A stretch of DNA of 64,000 nt from an uncultured delta proteobacterium (GCA_963789265.1 CAWBKB010000007.1:288001-352000), one strand, 5' to 3'; positions 39,522 through 51,362 are shown, numbered from the stretch's first letter. Translations and numbers: made by a program. Notes: a model not told the origin generated them from the sequence alone.

Positions 39522-40400
39522 ATGGGTTCGGAAATTTCTATAAAGTCAGGAATGTCTCGCATCCTGGAATGGTTAGACCACGAGTCGAAAGGTTTCTTGA
39601 TTCTCATGGCAATCCTCTTGGATGTCTTGATTGGGCTACTAGACCTTTTGACTGGGTACGAGATTTCTTTCTCTATATTCTACGTCCTTCCAGTTTTTTT
39701 GGTCAGCCGCTCCAAGGGTCGAAGCGAAGGAGTTTTAATTTGCTTTGTCTGCGCGGGTACGTGGCTGGCCTGTGATCTGACAACCGGCCCTAATTACTCT
39801 CATGTCTGGATACCGTATTGGAACGCATTGGTGCGGTTTTGTTTCTTTCTCACCGTGAGTTTGTTGCTCGTTTCAATGAGACGTTCCGCGGAATCGTTGG
39901 AAGAGAAGTCCAGGACGGACCCTTTGACGGGTGCAGCTAATCTAAGGGGGTTCCTGGAGCGGGCCCAGACGGAGATCGATAGGTCCTGTAGACACAGATA
40001 TACCATTACTGTGGCGTATTTGGATGTGGACAATTTCAAGACAATCAACGATAGCTTTGGCCACAGCGTAGGTGATGAAGTGTTGGCTCGGGTTGCCGAA
40101 CTGATTTCACAAAACATTCGGAACACGGATATTCTGGGCCGTCTTGGGGGTGATGAATTCGCCATTCTCTTTTCTCAGACTGAGCATGAATCGTCTCAAG
40201 GAATTATGATCCGCATAAAGGAGATCCTTTCGGAAGAGATGAGAGTCAAAGGCTGGCCAGTTACTTTCAGTCTCGGTGTCGTGACGTTCGAAGTTCCTCC
40301 CAACTCAGTAGATGAGATGATAAAAAAGGCTGATGATCTCATGTTCTTGGCCAAAAAAAGTGGCAAGGACATGTTGACTTTTGCGACTGTAGCAGGATGA
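39522..40400 (+). CDS. Membrane-bound diguanylate cyclase
   Basis: About four TM helices; DPLTG, DVDNFKTINDSFGHSVGD and RLGGDEF. Confidence 0.93.
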   Translation: MGSEISIKSGMSRILEWLDHESKGFLILMAILLDVLIGLLDLLTGYEISFSIFYVLPVFLVSRSKGRSEGVLICFVCAGTWLACDLTTGPNYSHVWIPYWNALVRFCFFLTVSLLLVSMRRSAESLEEKSRTDPLTGAANLRGFLERAQTEIDRSCRHRYTITVAYLDVDNFKTINDSFGHSVGDEVLARVAELISQNIRNTDILGRLGGDEFAILFSQTEHESSQGIMIRIKEILSEEMRVKGWPVTFSLGVVTFEVPPNSVDEMIKKADDLMFLAKKSGKDMLTFATVAG

Positions 40401-40838
40401 GACCGCTGAGTGTCAGTCACCGGCCTAGGTTTTCTCTTTTCCGACGCCTTTCAGCCTGAATTAAAAGCAACTGCAAATCCCATTGCGGCCAACGAACTAT
40501 CGCTTGCGTCGCCAAAAACCCCGGAGCCGCCGCAAGCACCTTCGCACCGCCCACAAGCCCCACCTCAAACGGCAAAGGTCACCAGCCGCTAGTCAAGCTG
40601 GGTCGGGTCAAGCAACCTGCCGGTGGCAGGTCTAACCCAACAGGCTTGGGCGCGAAGTTCTCTGTGAATCTCGGAGGGATCAAGGAATACGACGGAAGCA
40701 GTAGTTCCGGGAATACGACGATTTATCGTACCCACGCCAGCCACGGGAGGCGTTGATGGGAGAAGACAGTCGAGCGGAAGCGCGGCAACCCCAGCAGCCG
40801 CCGGGTTGAACCGTGAGCCCATCGTCGCCGAAACGGTC

Positions 40839-41393
40839 TCATGCCGGCTCGCTGTTCGCACCTTTGCGCGCAACGGCAACCGAACGTGGTCGTCGAACCA
40901 TGAACCGCCAGCGATGTCCGACGTGGTGCACGATGAGCAAAAGCGATGCGAGGGAGGAGATGTGGTGGGTATCTATCCAGGGATGCCTGGTGTTGCTCGC
41001 GCGCCCGATAACCGCCGGCCCGAATAGCGGAGACGAGCCTTCCAGCACCAACCACGCAACGAGCCCGGTCAACGCTGCAATGAGGAAGGCGGTGTACATG
41101 ATCAATTCCGAATTGATCGGCCTTCTTGTCCATTTGGTAACGATGTTCGGGAACCTGCTGCGGAACGCTCGCCAATGAAGTCCCACGTGCGTCACCGTGC
41201 CGGTTGCCACGACGGCCGCCGAGAACCTATGCAGGTTAAGCCAGAAAAGTTTGCTCTGACCCAAGGCCGAAATGACAAAAGCCCCGTCGCCTATATGAAA
41301 AGAGACGAGAAGCACGAGCCCGGTCGAAAACGTCAAGAACGAGGCGACGAAGAGGATCCAATCCAAAAGTAGGTTCAATTCTTGTCGTTGCAT
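40839..41393 (-). CDS. DUF4405-like His-containing membrane protein (two repeats)
   Basis: WLNLH..HVGLHW and WIDTH..HHVGHRW. Confidence 0.7.
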   Translation of the reverse strand: MQRQELNLLLDWILFVASFLTFSTGLVLLVSFHIGDGAFVISALGQSKLFWLNLHRFSAAVVATGTVTHVGLHWRAFRSRFPNIVTKWTRRPINSELIMYTAFLIAALTGLVAWLVLEGSSPLFGPAVIGRASNTRHPWIDTHHISSLASLLLIVHHVGHRWRFMVRRPRSVAVARKGANSEPA

Positions 41394-42197
41394 TATGATC
41401 TCTTTCCAATCCGTCTTATGGCGTATCCCATGTAGGAACCTTCGAGGTGATCGCTCTCCTGGAAGTCGAGTCGCCGCCCCAGTTCCTTGAAGGAAATCCT
41501 ACCCTGCACGCGGCGGCGGAAGTCCAGCAAGATGGCGATAGGATTGCGTCGGGGCATAATTCCCCGCATTTCGCTGTGTTCGAGACCGTGGCGTTCGAAG
41601 AGAGTGGCCAGTTCGACGGGCTTGATGAACCGCTCCCAAACGTGTGTGTCGGGCGCTGCGAAGGCCGTGGACGGCCACTCCTGCATGACTTTTATGATCG
41701 CTATCTTGCTTATGAACGTCCGATTGATTGTGTCGTAGAAGAACAGACCACCGGGCCTGAGCACCCGCGCAACCTCGCCGATCACGCGATCGACATCGTC
41801 CACGTGCTCGAGGACATCGCAGCAGGCAACATGGTCGAACGACCCTTCCGGAAAGGGCAAGTGCTCGCCAGAACCGGTTTGGTAATCGATGGCGAGCCCC
41901 GATACGACCGCGTGCGCTCGGGCAGTCTCGATGGTCTCGGGCGCTGGATCGATGCCGGTCACCTCAAAACCGACGCGGGCGAACTCCTCGGCAAGCAGGC
42001 CACCACCACAACCGATGTCCAGAAGCTTGCACTTCGCGCGCGATCGCCCGCTCACGGTCGAGCACGTGCTTGAAGTAGCTAAATCTGACCGGGTTCACGA
42101 AGAAGCGGATTGTGCTGAACAGGCCGACGTCATCGTCCCACCAAGCGTGGCCCAGGTGCCGGTAGAGGTCGTTGTCTACTTTCTGCTTCGATTTCAT
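41393..42197 (-). CDS. ubiG: UbiG-like SAM-dependent O-methyltransferase, frameshifted near 42040-42055
   Basis: VDNDLY..WWD..NPVRFSYF then LLDIGCGGGLLAE, CCDVLEHV, YDTINRT and HVWERFIKP. Confidence 0.8.
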
Positions 42198-42217
42198 CAG
42201 CTTCCTTCTCCTCTCTC

Positions 42218-42683
42218 TCAGCGGAGACCCTCTAAGAAAGTGCGCAGCTTCCTGAGGACCATCGCTGCGCTCCGCATCTCCTCGGTGCCGAGCACCGACG
42301 ACAGCGACCGCTCAAGCTCGTGAGTCCGATCGTGGATCTCCTCGAAGAGCCTTTGTCCCTTCGGCGACAGGTTGACGTAGCTGCGTCGGCCGTCCTTGGG
42401 ATCGGAGCGCCGGCGAACGAGCCGTTCTCGTTCCAGCACCTTCACTTGGCGCGTGACCGCTGCCGCGTTGACGCCAAGCTGGCGGGCGAGGTCCATAACA
42501 CCGACGTCGCTCGCAGCCAAGGCCAGTAGCCGCATCAGCGCAAACTGCGATGCCGGCATCCCGATCTTCCGCGAGAATCCGGCCATGAGCATGTGATAGG
42601 CGCGGAAGACTTCTCGAAGGAGGTGTGGCTCGTCACCTCGGTGGTGCAGCTTCTCCAAGGGGGTGGTTTCTCAGCTCGTTCAT
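42218..42683 (-). CDS. MarR family regulator (probable true start 42683 with a +1 error near 42660)
   Basis: DLARQLGVNAAAVTRQVKVLE..DPKDGRRSYVNLSPKG. Confidence 0.9.
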
Positions 42684-42689
42684 GCCACG

Positions 42690-42719
42690 ATAGTAGCATA
42701 CATCATTGACATAGTCAAT
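42690..42719 (-). promoter_or_regulatory. Sigma70 promoter (leaderless transcript) with MarR operator over the -35
   Basis: Minus strand TTGACT, 17 bp, TACTAT, 6 bp, ATG; palindrome ATTGAC-ATA-GTCAAT at 42705-42719. Confidence 0.75.
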
Positions 42720-42932
42720 TATATTGTTAAGCATCCCGCAACCTGCCGCCGCCAGGACAGAAGCCGCGCCTGCTTGGACGGCCATCTGTTTCTCGTGGTC
42801 GAGTTCAGGACAATTGGGCAACGGTCGTTGCTTCGTCGCATAACCTGTTCCGTGATCTATGGAATGGCCCGCGACCTTCTTCAGAATTGTGAACATTAGT
42901 GCACTCGTTATGACCGGAGGGCTGCAGAAAAT

Positions 42933-43081
42933 TTTTCCGGAGTCGCCTTTACAACGAATGGTTTCGCAGACGTTGTCCCAACAGGCTGGCTTCGGGATGT
43001 GGCAGTTATCGAAGGCGCATCTGGTATGATTTTGGTTGCCGGTTACGTGGTCACCTAGTGAGGAAGTATGTCGATAGATAA
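42933..43081 (+). pseudogene. Remnant of a two-TM ion channel (Ion_trans_2) domain
   Basis: FSGVAFTTNGFADVVPTGWLRDVAVIEGASGMILVAGYVVT* resembles the TTxGFGD pore loop. Confidence 0.55.
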
Positions 43082-43217
43082 GGTCGTTTTGTATTTTCTA
43101 TAGGGATATGGGTATATGGGTCAAGTCTACTCTTGGCTCATGTCTGAATCACCTAACGTGGTCCGGACATGAGCCGTAAACAGCCCCACCCCGATCCACA
43201 AACCTTGTGCTGAGACG

Positions 43218-43255
43218 AAAAATCCCGCTCCGTGTGGTTTCCAACAGGGCGGGAT
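43218..43255 (-). terminator. Intrinsic terminator downstream of the tRNA-Asn 3' fragment
   Basis: Minus strand ATCCCGCCC..GGAGCGGGAT-TTTT; a second copy is at 38946-38982. Confidence 0.6.
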
Positions 43256-43268
43256 AATTTATCTTTTT

Positions 43269-43313
43269 TGGCTCCCCGAGTAGGACTCGAACCTACAACC
43301 TAGTGGTTAACAG
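43269..43313 (-). pseudogene. 3' half of tRNA-Asn(GTT), probable att site
   Basis: Minus strand CTGTTAACCACTAGGTTGTAGGTTCGAGTCCTACTCGGGGAGCCA has anticodon loop, T arm and CCA; the 5' half is absent. Confidence 0.85.
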
Positions 43314-44224
43314 ACGCAAATTTAGGGAAGAATTATAATAATTTCAACAAAGTTTGTCGGAACTCGTTGCAAAAAAAACAGCACTGTCCATAACCGTCCA
43401 CGACTCATTCCCGCAAATGTCCCGCACAGAAAGTTACATGATATTTTCAAAAGTGAGGTGCGGAAGTTTCGTTGCCCCAGGGAACTCCAGCGCGACAGGC
43501 CGAATTGGGCTTCAATAAAACCAACCACTTACCGGAGAACATCAGTCATTCCAGTCCATCAGGATCCTTCTCAGTCCTTTTCAATTCCCGGGGTTCCGCA
43601 AGTTGGCGACAAGATGTGAGACAAAATTAAAGATGCCTGACTGTTACACAATATCAAGACCTATAAGGAGACGGATTTACCACGACAATGTGAGCCGCCA
43701 TGACCGCGGCACGGCCGACTGCTCACCAGTTGCAGATGGTGATGCTTACTCGTTTCGAAACCTTTAAGGAGCTTATTACGGTGTCGGCCCTTATTGACAT
43801 TTCCCACAATTGCTCCCTCGAGCCAACGCGGAGTGCGGCCGTGAGTCGATCGTGGCTCGGCTCTTTCAGTAATTTCATCTGCATCAATTCTAGGCTGTTC
43901 GTTATGTCTGGTTCCCTATCACTCCGACACGGAACTACGTACGTAACCCCACCTTGAAATACAATGGCTGTTTTCAGCAAATACATCCTTCGCTGTATTT
44001 ACGGCTCCTTGCTCCTCTGACATCGTAAAAATACGAAATTCACAACTACTAATAACCAGTAGAAGTAATTTGACCTCCAATTGAAGGCCCGGCGTATCCC
44101 GATCGTGGTGAGCGACATGAAAGCTGCCTAAAACCCGGAGAGGCGGACTCCAGCATGTTCCGTGTGGCAATAAACGTGGCCCCGCAAGTGCGGGAGCTGC
44201 CATCTGGTTATCCAGGAGGGCAAG

Positions 44225-45319
44225 ATGACTGCGAAGGTGTACTACGACCTGCGTGAACAGTTAGATCAGTATTCCATGGGATTTCCTTCAACCGAGTCCG
44301 GGGTTGAAATAAGGATCCTGGAAAAGCTTTTCTCCGAAGAGCAAGCTGAGCTGTATCTCAATCTCACCCTTGTGCCTGAAACGGTCGAAGAGATAGCCCG
44401 GCGAATCGGCCGACCGTCAGGCGAGGTGGCCGCCCTGCTGGACCGCATGGTCGACAAAGGCCTCACATTTCGGGCCAAGGAAGGAGACACTGCCAGATTC
44501 CAAGCGGTGCCCTTTGTTATCGGTCTTATCGAATTTCAGATCAAAGACATGGACAAAGAATTGGCGGAACTATTCGAGCGATACCTCTTGGAGGCTTTCG
44601 GCAAGGAGGTGGTAGCTCAAACACTCCCGTTAAGAACCGTGCCGGTCAACAAGTCGGTTGACCGTTTGTGGCCGGTGGCGCCGTACGACGACGTGAAGAG
44701 AATTTTTCAGACCGAAGACAAGATCTCTGTAACAAACTGTATATGCAGAGTGCAGCAGGGTCTTTTGGGCAAGCGATGCGACAAACCGTTGGAAGTGTGC
44801 TTCATGTTTGGAAAATACGCTCAGTACTATGTTGACAAAGGCATGGGGCGTTTCGTCACTCAGAAGGAAGGTCTTCAAATAATTGACAAGTGCGACGAAT
44901 ATGGCCTCGTCCCCCAGCCGTTCATTGCTAAGGAAGCAGGTGTGCTCTGCAACTGCTGCGGAGACTGCTGTGGAGTTCTGCGTTGCCTAAAGATGCACCC
45001 CAAACCCGCAGAACGGGTCCTGACCAATTACTACGCGGCCGTTGACCCAGATGCCTGCTCCGCATGCGAGACCTGCACTGACCGCTGCCAAATGGAAGCC
45101 ATTAAAGTAGGAGTTGATGAAGTGGCCAAAGTGGATCGTGACAGATGCATCGGTTGTGGTTTGTGTGTCACCACTTGTCCTAGCGAAGCTGTTTCGCTGC
45201 GATTGAAGCCGGAATCCGAACGCCAAGAACCGCCCGAAACAGGAGAAGATTACATCTTAGAACTGGCCTTGGCACGAGGGAAATCCGTTATCCCTCTCGC
45301 TATATCAACAAAATCCTAG
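44225..45319 (+). CDS. HTH plus Cys-rich 4Fe-4S dicluster protein
   Basis: CICR..C..C, CNCCGDCC, CSACETCTDRC and CIGCGLCVTTCP. Confidence 0.9.
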   Translation: MTAKVYYDLREQLDQYSMGFPSTESGVEIRILEKLFSEEQAELYLNLTLVPETVEEIARRIGRPSGEVAALLDRMVDKGLTFRAKEGDTARFQAVPFVIGLIEFQIKDMDKELAELFERYLLEAFGKEVVAQTLPLRTVPVNKSVDRLWPVAPYDDVKRIFQTEDKISVTNCICRVQQGLLGKRCDKPLEVCFMFGKYAQYYVDKGMGRFVTQKEGLQIIDKCDEYGLVPQPFIAKEAGVLCNCCGDCCGVLRCLKMHPKPAERVLTNYYAAVDPDACSACETCTDRCQMEAIKVGVDEVAKVDRDRCIGCGLCVTTCPSEAVSLRLKPESERQEPPETGEDYILELALARGKSVIPLAISTKS

Positions 45320-45685
45320 GGTCGATCCTAGTTCCCAATTACATGCCTAACAGGCACACCACGTTTTCAAGCGATGAAGGTGAACAGTGGTGAGGACATT
45401 GCCAGGATATCTAGGAGCGTCCCCGTAGTTGAACAGCTACGACATCTAGAGATGTCCTTTGGGGAGGATTCCTTATGTAGGCATTACAGACCGATCGGCC
45501 CAAGAATTTTCCACAAATGACCATATATCAGAAGATTAACCCGATCCGCACCGCGGGGTCCTATATAGGCTTTCAGGAAGTCCGATTTACGTCCAGGGGA
45601 GTCAAAATAATGCACTCCTCAAAGAAGCTTTTGCTGGGAAGGGACTTCAATTCGGTTACTGCTGCGGAAAAGGGGAGGCATCCTC

Positions 45686-46489
45686 ATGTCGGCTATAGAG
45701 TTGCCCCATAACTCTCCTCTCATGTTCGAGGAAATAGAACCAGGTCTCGGCTTGGTCACCATGAACCGGCCTGAGAGACTCAACGCGCTCAACATAGCGA
45801 TGGTGGAGAGCTTCGAAGCCCTTTCCAGAGACCTCGCCGGTAATGATGACATTCGAGTTCTCATACTCATCGGTTCAGGGCGGGGGTTTTGCGCGGGAGC
45901 GGACCTGGTTGAAGTGGCCGCTCGTTCAGGTGATGAGGAATTTGCATCAGGGGACAAGTTTCTGCGCTTGGTGCAGCAAAGGTTTTCCAATCTCGTCCTA
46001 GCTTTCCGGCAGATTCCTCAGCCGGTAATTGCGGCGGTGAACGGACCATCTGCCGGCGGCGGATTCGCACTGGCCCTGGCGTCTGACATCCGCATAGCCG
46101 CCCCCGAAGCATATTTTTTGGCGTCCTTCATCAATATCGGCCTTTCGGGCGGAGAGATGGGAACCTCATATCTTCTGCCCCGCCTCATAGGCTTGTCTCG
46201 CGCATCGGAGATCCTCTATTCGGGCAGGCGTGTCGGGGCTGCTGAAGCGGAACGAATCGGCTTGGTGACCAAGATTGTACCGCTTGAGGACCTCCGTGCC
46301 GAGGCCATAGCTGTGGCACGAACGATGATGGATAAGAGCCCCAGCGGGCTGATGCTCACCAAGCGGGTCTTGAATGACAACGCTGCCGCTTGTTCGCTTG
46401 CCGCGGCCATGGAACTGGAAAACCGGAACCAAACCATAATGGTGTTTTCCAACGAATTCTTTAAACGAGTGAACGCATTTGTGAAGTAA
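45686..46489 (+). CDS. Enoyl-CoA hydratase/isomerase
   Basis: FCAGADL and AAVNGPSAGGGFALALASDIR. Confidence 0.93.
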   Translation: MSAIELPHNSPLMFEEIEPGLGLVTMNRPERLNALNIAMVESFEALSRDLAGNDDIRVLILIGSGRGFCAGADLVEVAARSGDEEFASGDKFLRLVQQRFSNLVLAFRQIPQPVIAAVNGPSAGGGFALALASDIRIAAPEAYFLASFINIGLSGGEMGTSYLLPRLIGLSRASEILYSGRRVGAAEAERIGLVTKIVPLEDLRAEAIAVARTMMDKSPSGLMLTKRVLNDNAAACSLAAAMELENRNQTIMVFSNEFFKRVNAFVK

Positions 46490-46597
46490 GAAACGTTTCA
46501 CAACCCGATGCATCGGCAAATCCGGTCCTTTAGGAGCTTTGGCCGTAGAGCTTGAACGTGGGTCCGCGAAAAACCTAAACAGTAGGAGGAAATAGCG

Positions 46598-47425
46598 GTG
46601 GAAAAGATGCTGGATGGAAAGGTGGCCATCATCACGGGTTCAGGAAGGGGCATCGGGAGCGCTGCAGCGCTCATGTTCGCCAGGGAAGGGGCGAAGGTCG
46701 TTGTCAGCGACCTCGATGCAGAGCCTGCTGAACAGATCGCGGCTGACATCAAGAGTGCCGGAGGTGACGCGATCACTTTTGTCGGCGACGTAACCGACCC
46801 TGGTTTCGGCGACGGCATCGTCAGAGCAGCGGTTGACTCATGGGGCGGGCTCCACATCATAGTAAACAACGCGGGGTTCACCTGGGATGCGCTCATCCAC
46901 AAGATGGACGACGAGCAGTGGGACAAGATCATTGACCTCCACCTGAAAGCGCCGTTCCGACTTATTCGAGCCGCCAAACCGTACTTCTGCGATGCAGCTA
47001 AACAAGAAGCAGGGGAAGGCAAGAAAGTAGCACGCAAGATAATCAACGTGTCTTCCGTTGCCGGAGTCAGCGGCAACGCCGGCCAAGCGAACTATTCCTC
47101 GGCGAAGGCCGGCATCATGGGATTAACCAAGGCAATGAGCAAAGAATGGGCGCGATATAACGTCCAGGCCAATTGTGTGGCCTTCGGATTCATTGATACG
47201 CGTCTCACCCAGGAAAAGGAAAAGGGGATTTCTGTTGAGGCAGGCGGCCAACAGATTGCCGTCGGTGTGCCCAAGTCTCAGCGAGACATCTTCATCAAAA
47301 TGATCCCCATGGGTCGGCCGGGCACGCCTGATGAAGCAGCAGGAGCAATCATGTTCTTCGCCTCCCCAATGTCGGATTACGTTTCCGGGCAAGTGCTGGT
47401 GGTGGGTGGCGGCTTCTCGATGTAA
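46598..47425 (+). CDS. SDR oxidoreductase (FabG-like)
   Basis: TGSGRGIG, NNAG and YSSAK; GTG start with RBS AGGAGG. Confidence 0.93.
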   Translation: MEKMLDGKVAIITGSGRGIGSAAALMFAREGAKVVVSDLDAEPAEQIAADIKSAGGDAITFVGDVTDPGFGDGIVRAAVDSWGGLHIIVNNAGFTWDALIHKMDDEQWDKIIDLHLKAPFRLIRAAKPYFCDAAKQEAGEGKKVARKIINVSSVAGVSGNAGQANYSSAKAGIMGLTKAMSKEWARYNVQANCVAFGFIDTRLTQEKEKGISVEAGGQQIAVGVPKSQRDIFIKMIPMGRPGTPDEAAGAIMFFASPMSDYVSGQVLVVGGGFSM

Positions 47426-47460
47426 TGGCACCACACGATGAGCCATGAAAGGAGTACGAA

Positions 47461-48298
47461 GTGGCGCTCGATCTTAATGTGATGGGCATAAAATCAGATC
47501 CCATCGCGTTCACCTACACCGAAGACGATGTGATCCTTTATGCCCTTGGCGTCGGATCTGGAGCCGAAGAACTCGACTTTGTTTACGAAAAGAATCTCAA
47601 GGTACTGCCAACTTTCGCGGTGATACCCTTGATGCCCATTATTTTCCAATTCGTAGAAGCGGCCAACGTTAATCTAAAAGGCTTATTGCACGGTGACCAC
47701 AAGATCGTGCTGCACAAGAAAATTCCCAGAAACGGAACTATGTATAGCAACTGGCAGTGGACGTCAGTGTATGACAAGGGTGACCGAGGTGCTTTGTTCT
47801 CGCTTCACTCTGAAACTAGAAACGAGAAGAGTGAACTAATCTTCGAAAACTTTCTCACCGGTTGGGACCGCACGGCGGGTAATTTCGGTGGAGAGCCAGG
47901 GCCCAAGAACGAAAAACGAGTGCCTCCCTCCGGAGTAAAATCGGATTTCCGAGTCGAATACCGGACTTCACCCAGTCAAGCGGCTCTCTACCGACTAAGC
48001 GGTGACAAGAACCCTCTGCATATCGATCCGGAGTTTGCCAGGAAGAGCGGTTCTGGAAGAACCGATCCTCATGGGATTGTGCACGTACGGCTTTGCCGGC
48101 CGGGCCGTATTGCACAGCGTGTGCGGAAGCGACCCGGCACGGTTCAGATCGTTATCTGCGCGGTTCACCGCTATGGTCCTGCCGGGAAACACCTTGATCA
48201 CCGAGGGATGGAAGGCGGAAGGCGGGACATACATCATTCAGTCCAAGACACAAGACGGACGCATCGTCCTAGACAACGCCACGGCCGAAGTAGCGTGA
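47461..48298 (+). CDS. MaoC double-hotdog dehydratase, with a +1 frameshift near 48051
   Basis: DVILYALGVG and YRLSGDKNPLHIDP; continues in another frame as EPILMGLCTYG. Confidence 0.88.
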
Positions 48299-48313
48299 GG
48301 GAGGTGAGTTAGA

Positions 48314-49460
48314 GTGAACCGGGTAATCAACACGGAAGAACATCGCATTTTTCGCGATGCCATTAGGAAGTTCGTGAGAAAGGAGGTTGTTCCCCATCTG
48401 GACGAATGGGAAGAACAGGGGATTGTGCCTCGCGGAGCATGGAAACAAATGGGGGAACAGGGGTTTCTTATGTCCGTGGATGGACGAGGAGTACGGCGGG
48501 GCCGAGGCAGGATTCGAATATTCGATCATGGTGTACGAAGAGCTGATCAGGGCCGGCGCGATGGGCTTCATGGTCGCGCTCCATTCGGACATTGTCGTGC
48601 CGTACGTGTATTCCTTCGGCAGTGAAGAGCAGAAGCGGAAATGGCTCCCCGGCGTGGTGACGGGCGAAGCGCTCATGGCCATAGCTATGACCGAGCCCGA
48701 CACTGGGTCGGATCTGCAGGCCATCCGCACGAGAGCGGTCAAGGATGGAGATTCCTGGGTCATCAACGGGCAAAAGACGTTCATTTCCCTGGGAATTTCC
48801 TGCGACCTTGTGATCGTAGTCTGCAGAACCGATCCTCTGGCTCAGCCCCCGCATCGGGGCATCAGTCTCATCGTAGTCGAAGATGGCACGCCCGGTTTCG
48901 AGAAAGGCCGCAAACTCTCTAAGATGGGGCTCCGTATGTCCGACACGGCTGAGCTCTCGTTCAACGATTGCCGGGTCCCCGTGGACAATCTGCTGGGTGA
49001 GGAAAACCAAGGATTCCTTTACCTGATGCAAAAGCTCCAGCAGGAACGCTTGGTTTGCTCGTTCATGGGGCAGGTTGCGGCGGAATCGATGCTGGATATG
49101 ACCGCCAAGTATTGCAAAGAACGGGAGGCATTCGGTCAACGCATCGGAAGTCTTCAGCACAATACATTCAAACTGGCTGAAATGGCCACCGAAGTGGAAC
49201 TGGGTCGAACCTTTCTCGACGACCTTCTCGCCGACCATATTGAAGGCAAGGACATCGTCAAAAGGGTGTCTATGGCCAAATGGTGGTTGACCGAGATGGC
49301 AAACCGGGTGGCGTATCAGTGTGTCCAGCTCCACGGCGGTTATGGCTTTATGGAAGAATATCCCATTTGTCGCTGGTATCGCGACATTAGAGCCTCCTGC
49401 ATCTTCGCAGGCACTTCAGAAATCATGAAAACGATCATCGGCAAGATGATGGGGTTCTAG
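48314..49460 (+). CDS. Acyl-CoA dehydrogenase, with a +1 frameshift near 48465
   Basis: EEHRIFRDAIRKF then AMTEPDTGSDL and QLHGGYG; paralog of 14095-15237. Confidence 0.92.
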
Positions 49461-49483
49461 TCGGAAAATGCAGGCAACGAAGA

Positions 49484-49813
49484 ATGAACATGGAGCACGT
49501 CCATGAAATCAACCAGGAAGTCCGCTCCATCGCCGGGGGATATATTTGGGAGCGAGAGGGGATACTTGAGTTAGACGGGCGGGAAGCACTTTACGTGGTG
49601 GGCAACGCCTTTGTGGATTCTTCCTGTTGCGGAATCGGTGGATGTCGCTTCGCCTACGTTCCTGGTTACGTTCGAGGACTTCGCATCCGGAGAAATGAGC
49701 AGGGTTTGTGGGTGTCAGAAGTGGAGCCGATCCATGACGATCAAACTAGGGATCGAATTAGGCGCCTGCTGGAAGACAGGGAGATAATCCAACAAGTTCA
49801 GTTCGGAGAGTGA
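49484..49813 (+). CDS. Small hypothetical protein with a DSSCCGxGGC motif
   Basis: Operonic position; conserved-looking Cys motif. Confidence 0.7.
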   Translation: MNMEHVHEINQEVRSIAGGYIWEREGILELDGREALYVVGNAFVDSSCCGIGGCRFAYVPGYVRGLRIRRNEQGLWVSEVEPIHDDQTRDRIRRLLEDREIIQQVQFGE

Positions 49814-49867
49814 ATTGCCCCAGGCCAATCAAAAATGACTTGGGAAGCTATAAAAGGAGGAATGAAG

Positions 49868-51315
49868 ATGGCAGGGATCGTTTCGTACGGTTGCTACATA
49901 CCGCGATACCGAATCGATCGGAGATTAATTTACAAGGCTATGGGCTGGCTTAACCCAGCCACTTTTCTCCCTGGAGAAAAAGCCGTGGCCGATTTCGACG
50001 AGGACAGTTTGACAATGGCTGTGGCTGCGGCCACCGATTGTCTTGGAGATATTGATCGCAACAAAATAGACGCAGTCTATTTTGCCACCTCAACCGCTCC
50101 CTATACCGAGCGGCAGGGCGCTGAAATAATCGCGACTGCCATTGATGCCCGATCGGACATCAGAAGCGCCGACTTTAGCGACACCCCCAAGGCCGGAACT
50201 ACAGCTTTATTATCCGCCTTAGATGCAGTCCGGGCCGGTTTGCAGGTAAGGTCATGGTATGCGCGGGCGATACGCGGAACGCCAAAGCCGGGAGCGCACA
50301 GGAAGAGATCTTTGGAGATGCTGCGGCCGCAATTCTTGTGGGTGAGGACGACTCTATAGCCAAATTTGTAGACTTCTATTCCGTTTCTTATGATTTTCCC
50401 GACCACTGGCGCAGCTCCGGGGAGCTTTACGATCATCAATGGGAAGATCGCTTCATTCGGGATGAAGGGTACACCAGGTTCGTGGTGGAGGCATTGAACG
50501 GTTTGGCTAACAAATGCTCTCTACAAATTGGCCACCTATCCAAGGTGGTTTATCCGTGCCTGTACACAGGGGACTTCAAAAAAATCGCACTGAGACTCGG
50601 CCTGGACCCATCTCAGTTGGTTGAACCTTTGCTGGGCCAGATGGGATATGCCGGCACGGCCGACCCACTGCTGCATCTGGTCAAGGTGCTCGAAGAGGCC
50701 AAGGCCGGGGACAGGATTGCCGTGGTTGGCTACGGCACAGGAGCCGATGCCCTGCTCTTCGAGGTTACGGATCGCGAAAGAGAGATAAGAGGAGCACGCC
50801 GAGGATTGACCAAAAACATAAATGCCAAAAGGGAACTTTCCAGCTACGAAAAAATGATCACATGGCGCGGCTTGCTGCAGGTCGAAAAGGGTGCACGCGG
50901 GGAAACGACGCCTTTTACGGCTCTTTCTCACTACTGGCGTGACCGCCACCAGATCTTAGGGCTTCGCGGAACGTGTTGTCGATCCTGCGGGACTCCACAG
51001 TACCCGGCCCAGCGAGTTTGCGTCAATCCTGAGTGCGGGAAAATCGATCAAATGGATACGTATCGGTTCTCAGATAAGCGAGGAAAGCTCTTCACGTACA
51101 CAGGTGACAACCTGGCCTTTAGCCCTAACCCACCAGTCATCTGCGGCATCGTCGATTTTGATGGAGGTGGCCGTTTTTGGTTCGACATGGCTGACGCGGA
51201 TTTAGATCAAGTTGAAGTTGGTATGCCGGTGGAAATGAGTTTTCGGAAGAAATACTTCGACGACAAGTTCGGCATCCACGGATATTTCTGGAAAGCGATC
51301 CCTGTTTTGGATTGA
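49868..51315 (+). CDS. HMG-CoA synthase-like plus DUF35 OB-fold protein, frameshifted near 50240
   Basis: GIVSYGCYIP..DEDSLTMAVAA; CRSCGTPQYP..CVNPEC..GYFWKAIP. Confidence 0.88.
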
Positions 51316-51362
51316 GTATGCAGGTCGAAGGAGCACCCTTCCCTTGCAAGGAGGATAAAGAC

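Noticed and set aside
43269..43313. Functional tRNA-Asn gene
   Set aside because: The 5' acceptor strand and D arm are missing
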